From NCBI GenBank assembly GCA_947624565.1, contig CANQKX010000001.1:44587-108586 (forward strand): a DNA stretch of 64,000 bases. The letters are read 5' to 3'. Below, in pieces: positions 28,666-38,363 of this stretch. This DNA comes from an uncultured Bacilli bacterium. GTDB lineage: Bacteria > Bacillota_I > Bacilli_A > RF39 > UBA660. The notes under the pieces were generated by a model. It was not told where the DNA came from, ran no database searches, and worked only from the letters and a program-made list of their open reading frames with translations. Numbering within the stretch: position 1 is the first letter of the stretch; every line of letters begins with the position of its first letter. The position numbers and the translations under genes were made by a program.

Positions 28666-29622
28666 TTATACATTTTTAATATTATTTACAAACTCATTTA
28701 TATCAATATAATCGTTTAATAAATTATATAAATTTTTTATTAAATTTAAATCTAAATTATACTTAATCATCAAATTATATGATGAATCTATATTATCAAA
28801 ACCTTCTATAACCATACCTATTTCTTTGGTTATTTCATCTTTTTTCTTACCTTTAGATAGTAATATTCCTGCCCTTTTATTTCTACTATCATTTCCTATT
28901 GATGTTGTTAATAAATCTCCTAATCCTGACAAATTATAAAATGTGCTTTCTTTTGCACCTAGTTTTATTCCTATTTCTTTTATCTCATTTAATCCTTTAG
29001 TTATTATAAAAGATAATGTATTTGTATCATATCCTAATCCTTCAAATATTCCACTTGCGATTGACACAACATTTTTTAATGCTCCACCTATTTGTATTCC
29101 TATTATATCTTCATTATTTTCAAGTTTAAAATTGTCTGTTTCAAATAATTCCTTTATCTTCTTATTACCTGAATATTCAATAACTGTTATCATATCATTT
29201 ATAATTTGATTAGCATGTGATGGACCTGATATTACGGATATTTCACATTTTGGTAATTCTTCTTTTACTACATCTGATAATATCTTATTTGTTTTTTCTT
29301 CTAATCCCTTTGATGAGATTATTATCTGTTGATTTGTTACATATTTTTTTATATCTATGCAGGTTTGTCTTACAACTTTAGATGGTGTTGCAATAACTAT
29401 ATATTCACTATCAATTAAAGTTTCTTCATAATTTGTATAACATTTTATATTTTTATCTAAAAATAAATCTTTTAAATACATACTTTTATGTTCATTGTTT
29501 ATTAAATCACATTCTTCTTTTTTATATGACCATATTTTGATATTATTATCTTTCTTTTTGCTTAATACATACGCAAGTGCGCATCCAAAACTCCCACTAC
29601 CTATTATAGCTATATTTTTCAT
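28666..29622 (-). CDS. gpsA: NAD(P)H-dependent glycerol-3-phosphate dehydrogenase
   Basis: MKNIAIIGSGSFGCALA Rossmann N-terminus. The track's longer start (29643) would overlap the mnmE stop. Confidence 0.85.
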   Translation of the reverse strand: MKNIAIIGSGSFGCALAYVLSKKKDNNIKIWSYKKEECDLINNEHKSMYLKDLFLDKNIKCYTNYEETLIDSEYIVIATPSKVVRQTCIDIKKYVTNQQIIISSKGLEEKTNKILSDVVKEELPKCEISVISGPSHANQIINDMITVIEYSGNKKIKELFETDNFKLENNEDIIGIQIGGALKNVVSIASGIFEGLGYDTNTLSFIITKGLNEIKEIGIKLGAKESTFYNLSGLGDLLTTSIGNDSRNKRAGILLSKGKKKDEITKEIGMVIEGFDNIDSSYNLMIKYNLDLNLIKNLYNLLNDYIDINEFVNNIKNV

Positions 29623-29627
29623 ATTTC

Positions 29628-30974
29628 CTACTTTCCTAAACAAAAGTTACTAAATAATGTATCTATTAATTTTTCATCATAACTTTCACCTATTATTTCA
29701 TTTAATATTTCACAGATTTGTTTAATATCTATTTCAAGTATATCTATTGGAATATCTTCTTTTAAAGATTTTGATAAATTTTTTGCAATTTTGATTGCTT
29801 GTTTTACAAGCGATATCTGTCTTGAATTTGATAAATACGTAAAATCTTTATTATTTAATTCATCAAGTTTAAATATATCACTTATTTCTTCTTTTAATTC
29901 ATCAATTTCTTCTAAAGCTGATATTTTTATTATTTTTTCATCTTTAAAGATATTTAAATCTATTTTAGCATCTAAATCAATTTTATTTATTACTATTATT
30001 CTTTTTTTATCTTTTGTTATTTCTAATAAATTTAAATCCTCTTTTGTAATTTCTTCATTATTATTTAAAACTAATATTATTAAGTCTGCATTTTCTATTA
30101 AATTAATACTTTTTTCTACACCTATTTTTTCAACGATATCATCTGTTTTTCTAATTCCCGCCGTATCTATTATATTTAATAATACTCCATTTATTCTAAT
30201 TTGTCCCTCAACAATATCTCTCGTTGTTCCTGCTACATTTGTTACTATTGCTTTTTCTTCATTTAATAGTTTATTAAGTATTGAACTTTTACCTACATTT
30301 GGTCTTCCTAAAATTAGAGTATTTATTCCTTCTTTTATTATTTTTCCATTTTCTGATTCATTAAGTAATTTAGATAATTCTTCATTTATATATTTTGAAA
30401 TATCTTCTATTTCTTTTTTTGTAACTATCTCTATATCTTCATATTCTGGATAATCTATATTAACTTCTATATTAGCATTAAGGTTAATTAATTTATTTAC
30501 TATATCTTTAATTAATTTTGATATTTTTCCATCTATACCATTAATTGCAAGTTTTCTAGCATTTTCTGTCTTAGAATTTATCATATCCATTACTGATTCG
30601 GCTTCAATTAAGTCAATTCTTCCATTTAAAAATGCTCTTTTTGTAAATTCACCAGGTTCAGATAGTCTTGCTCCTTTACTCAACAAAATTTCAAGTATCT
30701 TATTTGTTGTTGAAATAGATCCATGACAATTTATTTCAACCATATCTTCTCTTGTAAATGTTTTAGGTGATTTCATAATTGTTACCATTACTTCATCTAT
30801 TATTTCATTATTTTCTATTATATGTCCATAAGTTATAGTATGAGAATCTTTTTTATTTAAATCTTTATCAAAAATACTATTTACTATATTTATTGATTCT
30901 TCACCACTTACTCTTATAATAGAAATTGCACCTATACCAACAGCCGTTGATATAGCACATATCGTATCATTCAT
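29628..30974 (-). CDS. mnmE: tRNA modification GTPase MnmE (TrmE/ThdF)
   Basis: G-domain GRPNVGKSS, DTAGIR and C-terminal CLGK. The start at 30974 (MNDTICAIST) is the typical MnmE N-terminus; the track's extension overlaps jag. Confidence 0.9.
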   Translation of the reverse strand: MNDTICAISTAVGIGAISIIRVSGEESINIVNSIFDKDLNKKDSHTITYGHIIENNEIIDEVMVTIMKSPKTFTREDMVEINCHGSISTTNKILEILLSKGARLSEPGEFTKRAFLNGRIDLIEAESVMDMINSKTENARKLAINGIDGKISKLIKDIVNKLINLNANIEVNIDYPEYEDIEIVTKKEIEDISKYINEELSKLLNESENGKIIKEGINTLILGRPNVGKSSILNKLLNEEKAIVTNVAGTTRDIVEGQIRINGVLLNIIDTAGIRKTDDIVEKIGVEKSINLIENADLIILVLNNNEEITKEDLNLLEITKDKKRIIVINKIDLDAKIDLNIFKDEKIIKISALEEIDELKEEISDIFKLDELNNKDFTYLSNSRQISLVKQAIKIAKNLSKSLKEDIPIDILEIDIKQICEILNEIIGESYDEKLIDTLFSNFCLGK

Positions 30975-31010
30975 AATATCATCTCTTTCTTTATTTATAA
31001 AAAGAACCAT

Positions 31011-31619
31011 CTATTTTGATGGTTTTATAACTACACATCTGTTTGGTTCTTCGCCTTCACTTTCTGTTTTTACTCCTTTGAAATCTTTTAATACTTCATG
31101 AATTAATCTTCTTTCATAAGAATTCATAGAATCCATTTTGATTTCTATTTGAGTTTGAACAACTTCTTTAGCTAATTTTTTTGCTAAAAATTCTATGCTT
31201 CTTTGATGTTTTTCTTTATAATCTTCAACATCTAATACTATATTAGCATGTATTCCTGTTTTCACATATATTGATTGTCTTAATATTACTTGTAAAGACT
31301 CTAAAGTTTTACCATTTTTTCCAATTAAAATTGAATTATTATTAGAATGTAATTTTATTAATATATGATTTTCTTTTCTTTTTGTTTCTATATTCAATTC
31401 AAGTCCAATTGCTTGTACTATTTGTTTTAAAAATTTTTTACTATATTCCAAAACTTCTGTTTTTAATACAACATTTAAAATTAATTTTTTCTTTTTTAAT
31501 AATCCTGTTGTTTCTTCTTTTACTGTATACAATAATTCATCTTCTTTTACTTCTAACTCATTTAATGCCTTTAATACTAATTCTTCTTCTGTTTTTCCTT
31601 CATATACATATATTTTCAT
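31011..31619 (-). CDS. jag: Jag/KhpB RNA-binding protein (KH + R3H domains)
   Basis: C-terminal R3H (SMNSYERRLIHEVLKDFKGVKTESEGEEPNRCVVI). Follows yidC. Confidence 0.85.
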   Translation of the reverse strand: MKIYVYEGKTEEELVLKALNELEVKEDELLYTVKEETTGLLKKKKLILNVVLKTEVLEYSKKFLKQIVQAIGLELNIETKRKENHILIKLHSNNNSILIGKNGKTLESLQVILRQSIYVKTGIHANIVLDVEDYKEKHQRSIEFLAKKLAKEVVQTQIEIKMDSMNSYERRLIHEVLKDFKGVKTESEGEEPNRCVVIKPSK

Positions 31620-31620
31620 A

Positions 31621-32565
31621 TTACTTTACCTCTTTCTTTGCTGTTTTTTTAACTATTAAATTTTGAATTATTGTAAACAATGTTGATGCTATCCAATATA
31701 GTGATAATGCTACTGAAAAGTTTAGTGACATAATTGCAATCATTATAAGTAAGAAATTAGTCATTGTATTTGGATTTATATCATCTGTTTGTGGTGTTGG
31801 CGCAGTTGTGTTTAATTTTTGTGATATAAATGTTGTTCCTATTATTAATATAACTATTATTGCATACTCAATATGACCTGAAGTAATTGCTTTTAAAGGA
31901 GTTGTTCCTAATATAAGTCCAAATAAATTTTCTTCAAATATAACAGGAACTCTATTTATTGCTTCTAAAAATCCAAATAATAATGGAATTTGTATAAATG
32001 CAAATAAACAACTTGAGAAAGGATTAATATTATATTTTTTGTATAATGTCATCATTTCCATAGATTTTTGATTTAATGATTGTTGATCTGTTTTATTTTC
32101 ATATTTTTTATTTATTCTATCCATTTCTGGTTGCATTTTTTTCATGTTTTCAGATTGCATAGCTGTCTTCTTTGTAAAAGGTGCCAAAATAAGTCTAATT
32201 ATTATAGATAATATTATCAATGCTATACCATAACTTTTAACTAAACTACCAATTTTAATCGTTAACCATGCTAATGGTTTAACTACTAATGTTTCCCATA
32301 AATTATTATAATTTCCATCACTTGGTGTAAAATTTGAACATTCTGGCAATTTTTCTATATTTATTTGTTTTTTGTACTCATTATATTTTTTTATAAGTCC
32401 TTTATTAGTTGGTTTACATAATATATTTTGATTTAATGTTATTTTTACTTTATCATCCTCGTATGTAACAACCTTTTTTGTTTTTGGGTCTTTTAGTGTT
32501 ACTGTACATCCTGTAAGTAGTATTATTAATAAAAAAATAAATATTCTTTTTATATTTTTTCTCAT
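31621..32565 (-). CDS. yidC: membrane protein insertase YidC/SpoIIIJ (lipoprotein form)
   Basis: Lipobox LLTGC, YidC TM core and a C-terminal basic tail. Confidence 0.85.
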   Translation of the reverse strand: MRKNIKRIFIFLLIILLTGCTVTLKDPKTKKVVTYEDDKVKITLNQNILCKPTNKGLIKKYNEYKKQINIEKLPECSNFTPSDGNYNNLWETLVVKPLAWLTIKIGSLVKSYGIALIILSIIIRLILAPFTKKTAMQSENMKKMQPEMDRINKKYENKTDQQSLNQKSMEMMTLYKKYNINPFSSCLFAFIQIPLLFGFLEAINRVPVIFEENLFGLILGTTPLKAITSGHIEYAIIVILIIGTTFISQKLNTTAPTPQTDDINPNTMTNFLLIMIAIMSLNFSVALSLYWIASTLFTIIQNLIVKKTAKKEVK

Positions 32566-32575
32566 AAAATTTCTC

Positions 32576-32905
32576 CTAATCTAACATCTTTGTAAATAAT
32601 TTTATTAAATTTTCTTTTTTTTCTTGATAATTTAACTCATTTATTTCTTTCTTTATAATTATAACATAATCATATGAAGAATTAAATATTAAATTGCTTT
32701 TATCTATAATATCTTTTATTTGTCTTTTTACCTTATTTCTCTCAACAGCATTACCTATCTTTGTTGAAATGCATATTGCAAATCTATATTTATTAAGGTT
32801 ATTTTTTCCACTATATATTGAAAAATATTTATTTTTTATGCAATTTTTATTATTTATTATTTTATTAATTTCATAATTTTTTTTAATAATATTTATTTTT
32901 TTCAT
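32576..32905 (-). CDS. rnpA: ribonuclease P protein component
   Basis: 109-aa basic protein between rpmH and yidC with an RnpA-like RNR motif region (KVKRQIKDII). Confidence 0.8.
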   Translation of the reverse strand: MKKINIIKKNYEINKIINNKNCIKNKYFSIYSGKNNLNKYRFAICISTKIGNAVERNKVKRQIKDIIDKSNLIFNSSYDYVIIIKKEINELNYQEKKENLIKLFTKMLD

Positions 32906-32951
32906 TAATTCACCTACTTACAAAAAAAACCACTAGTATAAAGTGGAATTA

Positions 32952-33074
32952 TTATTTAGATAAAGTCTTACGTCCTTTTTTTCTTCTATTATTTAATACT
33001 TTACCTTTTACTCTAGAAAAAAATCCATGTTTTTTTGCTTTCTTTCTATTATTAGGTTGAAATGTTCTTTTCAT
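32952..33074 (-). CDS. rpmH: 50S ribosomal protein L34 (40 aa; below the ORF-track size cut-off)
   Basis: Minus-strand [40 protein letters not shown], canonical L34 (MKRTFQP...GRK.L). RBS GGAGGTG. Confidence 0.85.
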   Translation of the reverse strand: MKRTFQPNNRKKAKKHGFFSRVKGKVLNNRRKKGRKTLSK

Positions 33075-33138
33075 TTTAACACCTCCAGCTCATAAAACAT
33101 TACAATTATATATTTTTTTTAAAAAAAAGTCAATAATT

Positions 33139-33666
33139 TTAATTTTGTGATAACTTTTTTTCTTTATTTTTTCTTTCTGAAATTATTTCTTCTAATACTT
33201 CATCACATATTCCTTCAATTTTTTTGATTGATTCTTTATTTCTTTGGGTGTGACATAAATCAACAAAATAATTATATGATTCTTCGTCTGCTTCTTTATA
33301 TTGGCTTATATCCACATAAGATCTTACATATCCCTTTCTATTATAAGTTGAGGCTATATTTCCTTGAACATCATAAAATGAATAACCAATTTTAACTACA
33401 GAATGAAAATCATTTGAAGCTGATGTATAAATTTTTGAATCATTTTCAAAAATCTTATTCAACATATGTGAAAAATAGTAACAACTTCCTTCCATAAATA
33501 TTGACATTGTAAGTTGATATTTTGTATCTTCGTCTAATTTTTGAAAATCAGAATCAGAATCAAGATATTTTTGAGAAAATTTACTTATAATTGAATCAAT
33601 TACATCTAAAATAGGTTCACTTTGCTTATTTATTAACTCTGATACTTTTTTAAAATAATCTTCCAT
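33139..33666 (-). CDS. hypothetical cytoplasmic protein (no recognisable family) heading the rpmH-rnpA transcription unit
   Basis: 175 aa, acidic/aromatic-rich, no TM. Occupies the position where rpmH normally faces dnaA. Confidence 0.4.
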   Translation of the reverse strand: MEDYFKKVSELINKQSEPILDVIDSIISKFSQKYLDSDSDFQKLDEDTKYQLTMSIFMEGSCYYFSHMLNKIFENDSKIYTSASNDFHSVVKIGYSFYDVQGNIASTYNRKGYVRSYVDISQYKEADEESYNYFVDLCHTQRNKESIKKIEGICDEVLEEIISERKNKEKKLSQN

Positions 33667-33773
33667 AAAAAACCTCTTTCCTTAGAATTTATACAATATT
33701 ATACATTTTTTTAGATAAATTTCAATATTTTTTATAAAAACAATATGATATAATGTAAATAGGAAGTGATTTT

Positions 33774-35135
33774 ATGATAAATATTAAAACTGATTCAAGA
33801 AAAGTTAAGGAAGGAGATACTTTTATAGCAATTAAAAATGTTAATACTGATGGACATGATTTTATTAATCAAGCAATTGAAAATGGAGCTAAAAAAATAA
33901 TTTGTGAACATGGAGAATATCCTGTTGAAACTGTAATTGTTAATAATACAAAAGAATTTTTAAATAAATATTTATATGATAATTATTATGAAAAAATTAA
34001 AGATATGAAATTAATTGGTGTAACAGGAACCAACGGAAAAACAACTATTTGTTATTTAGTTTATCAAATATTGACATTACTTAATAAAAAATGTGCATAT
34101 ATAGGAACAATTGGTTTTTTCTGTGGAAATATAAAAAGAGAATTGAATAACACAACTCCTGATACAGATTTATTATATGAAATGTTTTTAGAAGCAAAAG
34201 AAAATAATTGTGAATATATTGTTATGGAAGTAAGTAGTCATGCCCTTGATAAAAATAGAATTTATGGATTAGAATTTGATGAAGTAGCCTTTACAAATCT
34301 TACACAAGACCATTTAGATTATCACAAAACTATTGAAAATTATATTGAAGCAAAAAAGAAATTATTTTTTAGAACTAGAAATAATAAAATTGCTATTATA
34401 AATGCTGATGATAAATATTATAAAAATTTTCTAAATAAAGATAATAAAAATATTTTGATAAGTGAAAATAATGCAGATTTATCTATTAAAAAAATTAATT
34501 TATCTCATCTTAATACTAATATCATATTTAACTTTGAAAATATTGAATATGAAACTACAATAAATATGATAGGAAAATATAATGTTTATAATTTTTTAAC
34601 AGCCTTGTTACTTGTAAATAAATTAGGATTTGATATAAAAGATATCTTAAAAATTACAAATAAATTAAATGCTCCAAATGGTAGAATGGAGTTAATAAAA
34701 TATAAAACAAATAGTATTTTTATTGATTATGCACATACCCCAGATGCTGTTTTAAATGTTTTAGAAAATGCTAAAGAATATAAAAAAGGAAAAATTATAA
34801 CAATTATTGGTTGTGGAGGGGATAGAGATAGATCAAAAAGACCAATAATGGGAAAAATTGCTGAAGAAAATTCTGATTTTGTTATTTTTACTAATGATAA
34901 TCCAAGAACAGAAGATGAAAATCAAATTATGAATGATATTATTAATGGGTTAAGTAAAAAAAATCATGAAATAATTTTAGATAGAGAAGAGGCTATAAAA
35001 AAAGGAATATCCTTATTAAATAATAATGATATATTAATGGTTTTAGGAAAAGGGCATGAAGATTATCAAATAATTGGAAATACAAAATATCATTTTAGTG
35101 ATAAAGAAATAGTTTTGAAATATATTAAAATATAA
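33774..35135 (+). CDS. murE: UDP-N-acetylmuramoyl-L-alanyl-D-glutamate--2,6-diaminopimelate (or L-lysine) ligase MurE
   Basis: Mur ligase P-loop GVTGTNGKTT and a DNPR-type C-terminus (FTNDNPRTED). Slightly short N-terminus. Confidence 0.85.
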   Translation: MINIKTDSRKVKEGDTFIAIKNVNTDGHDFINQAIENGAKKIICEHGEYPVETVIVNNTKEFLNKYLYDNYYEKIKDMKLIGVTGTNGKTTICYLVYQILTLLNKKCAYIGTIGFFCGNIKRELNNTTPDTDLLYEMFLEAKENNCEYIVMEVSSHALDKNRIYGLEFDEVAFTNLTQDHLDYHKTIENYIEAKKKLFFRTRNNKIAIINADDKYYKNFLNKDNKNILISENNADLSIKKINLSHLNTNIIFNFENIEYETTINMIGKYNVYNFLTALLLVNKLGFDIKDILKITNKLNAPNGRMELIKYKTNSIFIDYAHTPDAVLNVLENAKEYKKGKIITIIGCGGDRDRSKRPIMGKIAEENSDFVIFTNDNPRTEDENQIMNDIINGLSKKNHEIILDREEAIKKGISLLNNNDILMVLGKGHEDYQIIGNTKYHFSDKEIVLKYIKI

Positions 35136-35146
35136 GGAGTCTATGT

Positions 35147-36526
35147 ATGAAAAAGATTTTAATAAAAGATATTTTAAATATATGCAATGCAGAATTATTT
35201 TTTGGAAAGAAAAATTTAATATGTAATTATTTTTCTAATGATACTAGAAAAATAAAAAAAGGGGATATATACATTGGTATTAAAGGAAATAACTTTGATG
35301 GAAATAAATTTTATGATGATGCTTTTCAAAAAGGCGCAAAAGCATGCATTTTAGAAAAAAAATATTTTGATAAAAATAATTTTGATAAAATAAAATATAA
35401 AAATAAAACTATAATTCTTGTTGATAATTCTATTGAAGCCTTACAAAAAATTGCAGAGTATAAACGTTCTTTATATAATATACCAGTAATAGCAGTAACG
35501 GGTAGTGTTGGTAAAACAAGTACAAAAGATATAATTGCAAGCACATTAAGTGAAAAATATAAAGTTTTGAAAACTGAAGGTAATTATAATAATCATATTG
35601 GTTTACCATTAACTATATTAAAGTTAAATAAACATAATGCAATGGTTTTAGAAATGGGAATGAATAATTTAGGAGAAATTCATTTATTAAGTAAAATTGC
35701 TAAACCTACAATTGCAGTTATTACAAATATAGGAACAGCTCATATTGGTAATTTAGGATCTAGAGAAAATATATTAAAAGCAAAACTTGAAATTACAGAT
35801 TTTTTAGATGAAAATGGAGTTCTTATTATAAATAATGATAATGATTTATTACACGAAAATTTAAATTTCTTAAAAAATAAGTTAAAATTAATTACAATCG
35901 GTATTGAAAATGATAGTGATTTTATAGCAAAAAATATTAATTTTGATATATTTAAAAGTAAATTTGAAATAGAAAATAACGTAATAAAAATAAATGTAGG
36001 AGGATATCCTTATATTTATAACTCTTTATTTGCATATTCTATTGGTAAATATTTAAATATTAAAGAAAATAAAATAATAAAAGGAATAGAAAATTTTAAA
36101 TTATCAAATAATAGAATGGAAAAAATAATTAATAATAAGGGAATAACTATTATAAATGATACATATAATGCTAGTTATGATTCAACTATATATGCCATTG
36201 ATTTAGTTGATAAATCTAATTATAAAAGAAAAATTTTATTACTTGCAGACATCTTAGAACTTGGTAAATTTTCTAAAGAAATCCACAGTAAAATAGGTAA
36301 TTATATTATTAATAAAAATATAGATTATGTAATTTTGGTGGGTAATGAAGTAAAATATATTAAAGATATTTTAGAAAAAAATAATTTTAATAATATATAT
36401 TTATTTAATAAAGAAGAAGAAACTTATGACTTTTTAGATAACTTTTTACAAAAAGAAGATATTATATTAATAAAAGGTTCTCATGCAATGAATTTAATTA
36501 ATATTGTTAACTATTTAAAAAAGTGA
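35147..36526 (+). CDS. murF: UDP-N-acetylmuramoyl-tripeptide--D-alanyl-D-alanine ligase MurF
   Basis: P-loop AVTGSVGKTSTK and a Mur ligase middle and C-terminal domain. A terminator hairpin AAGTGAA-aataaa-TTCACTT plus T-run overlaps its stop (36520-36548). Confidence 0.85.
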   Translation: MKKILIKDILNICNAELFFGKKNLICNYFSNDTRKIKKGDIYIGIKGNNFDGNKFYDDAFQKGAKACILEKKYFDKNNFDKIKYKNKTIILVDNSIEALQKIAEYKRSLYNIPVIAVTGSVGKTSTKDIIASTLSEKYKVLKTEGNYNNHIGLPLTILKLNKHNAMVLEMGMNNLGEIHLLSKIAKPTIAVITNIGTAHIGNLGSRENILKAKLEITDFLDENGVLIINNDNDLLHENLNFLKNKLKLITIGIENDSDFIAKNINFDIFKSKFEIENNVIKINVGGYPYIYNSLFAYSIGKYLNIKENKIIKGIENFKLSNNRMEKIINNKGITIINDTYNASYDSTIYAIDLVDKSNYKRKILLLADILELGKFSKEIHSKIGNYIINKNIDYVILVGNEVKYIKDILEKNNFNNIYLFNKEEETYDFLDNFLQKEDIILIKGSHAMNLINIVNYLKK

Positions 36527-36540
36527 AAATAAATTCACTT

Positions 36541-36740
36541 TTTTTGTGGAAAAAATATGACTTTTTTATTATAATATAAGGAAAAATTTAATTATAAACA
36601 TTATCAACATATTTGTGGATAAATATAAAATATTTATAAACATGTTGTTTATATAAAATTTGTGGAAATTGTGGAAAACTATAGAATTTTATTATTTTAT
36701 AACAATTTTTATAAACTTTTATTGTTGATAATTTTTTAAC
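36541..36740. promoter_or_regulatory. oriC-associated DnaA-box cluster and dnaA promoter region
   Basis: DnaA-box 9-mers: TGTGGATAA perfect at 36614-36622; one-mismatch boxes TTATCAACA (36601), TGTGGAAAA (36545, 36670), TGTGGAAAT (36661) and TGTTGATAA (36723). Confidence 0.65.
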
Positions 36741-36814
36741 ACATTATTTTTTTGTTGAAATAAAAGAAAAATAGGTTATAATTAAGTTATAAATACTTCA
36801 GGGGAGATGATAAT

Positions 36815-38185
36815 ATGAACATTGATAATATTTGGAATCAATTTTTAAATATAATAAAAACAAGATTATCTTCTCTTTCATATAATACTTGGTTTAGCTC
36901 GTCTAAACTTGTTGAATTAAATGAAGAACATGCTGTTATAATTGTTCCAACGATTGCTCATAAAAAACATTTATCTGAATCATATATAGATATTATAAAT
37001 GAAATATTTAATGATATAACAGGAACTAATTTTAATATTGAATTTGTATTAGAAAATGAATATGAAAAAAATAAAAATCAAACTAGTAAAAATATTGAAA
37101 ATGATATAGAAGAATATGGTGTTCCTTATAATAGTAGTGAGAAAGCTAATTTAAATCCAGATTATACTTTTGAAAATTTTATAGTAGGTGAAAGTAATAG
37201 ATTTGCACAAGCGACTGCTCTTGCTGTTGCTGAAAATCCTGGAAAAATGTATAATCCTTTATTTATATATGGAAATAGCGGATTAGGTAAAACCCATTTA
37301 ATGCAAGCAATTGGAAATTATATAATAAAAAATAGTAATAAAAGAGTATTATATGTTACTAGTGATCAATTCATCAATGATTTTCTTGGTTTAAATAAAA
37401 AAGATAAAGATGGAACTAATTTTGATTATGTTGAAATATTTAAAGATAAATATAGAAATATAGATGTATTAATTATTGATGATATTCAATTTTTAGGGAA
37501 TGCTCCAAAAACACAAAATGAATTTTTTCACACATTTAATACATTATATGATGATAAAAAACAAATAATTATTTCTTCTGATTCTTCTCCTGATGATTTA
37601 AAACATTTAGAGGATAGGTTAAGAACAAGATTTAATTGGGGATTAAAAGTAAATATTTTTCCACCTGATAATAATCTTAGAAAAGAAATATTAAGAAAAA
37701 AAATGGCAAATATGGATTTTTCTAGACATATTACTGAGGATGCGATTGATTATATTGCTAACATGTGTGCTTCTGATGTAAGAAGTTTAGAAGGTGCTTT
37801 AACAAGAGTTTGTGCTTATTCAACTATCTTTTTTGAAGAAGAAATTACACTTGATCTTGCTGTTGAAGCTTTAAAAGGAACAATTTCTCAAACTTCTAAC
37901 TTTAAAAACGATATTCAAAAGATACAAAGAATTGTTGCTGAATATTATAATGTATCTGTTGAAGATTTAAAATCAAAAAAAAGAGTAGCAAGTATTGCTT
38001 TTCCTAGACAAATTGCTATTTACTTATCAAGATTATTAACTGATGAATCATTTCCAAGAATTGGTATGGAATTTGGAGGAAGAGATCATTCAACTGTAAT
38101 TCATTCATGTGATAAAATTGAAAAAGAAATTAAAAATAATAAGCAATTAGAAAAAATAATAGAAGAAATTAAATTAAAATTATAA
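36815..38185 (+). CDS. dnaA: chromosomal replication initiator protein DnaA
   Basis: AAA+ Walker A GNSGLGKTHL, DnaA signature and a C-terminal DNA-binding domain. Confidence 0.95.
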   Translation: MNIDNIWNQFLNIIKTRLSSLSYNTWFSSSKLVELNEEHAVIIVPTIAHKKHLSESYIDIINEIFNDITGTNFNIEFVLENEYEKNKNQTSKNIENDIEEYGVPYNSSEKANLNPDYTFENFIVGESNRFAQATALAVAENPGKMYNPLFIYGNSGLGKTHLMQAIGNYIIKNSNKRVLYVTSDQFINDFLGLNKKDKDGTNFDYVEIFKDKYRNIDVLIIDDIQFLGNAPKTQNEFFHTFNTLYDDKKQIIISSDSSPDDLKHLEDRLRTRFNWGLKVNIFPPDNNLRKEILRKKMANMDFSRHITEDAIDYIANMCASDVRSLEGALTRVCAYSTIFFEEEITLDLAVEALKGTISQTSNFKNDIQKIQRIVAEYYNVSVEDLKSKKRVASIAFPRQIAIYLSRLLTDESFPRIGMEFGGRDHSTVIHSCDKIEKEIKNNKQLEKIIEEIKLKL

Positions 38186-38363
38186 TATGTTGAAAAGTTT
38201 AAGTTATCTACATTTTAATTAACAATAATAAACAGACAAAAATTCTATAAAATGTTATAAAATAAAGAAAATTTATACTTTTAAACATTTTAAACAGTAA
38301 TAATAAAAATAAAATCATTAAATTAATAATATATATGATATAATTCATTGTAGGAGGTTTAAA
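38186..38363. promoter_or_regulatory. dnaA-dnaN intergenic region: DnaA box plus AT-rich putative DNA-unwinding element
   Basis: TTATCTACA (38204-38212, one mismatch) followed by >100 bp of >85% AT. Confidence 0.4.
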
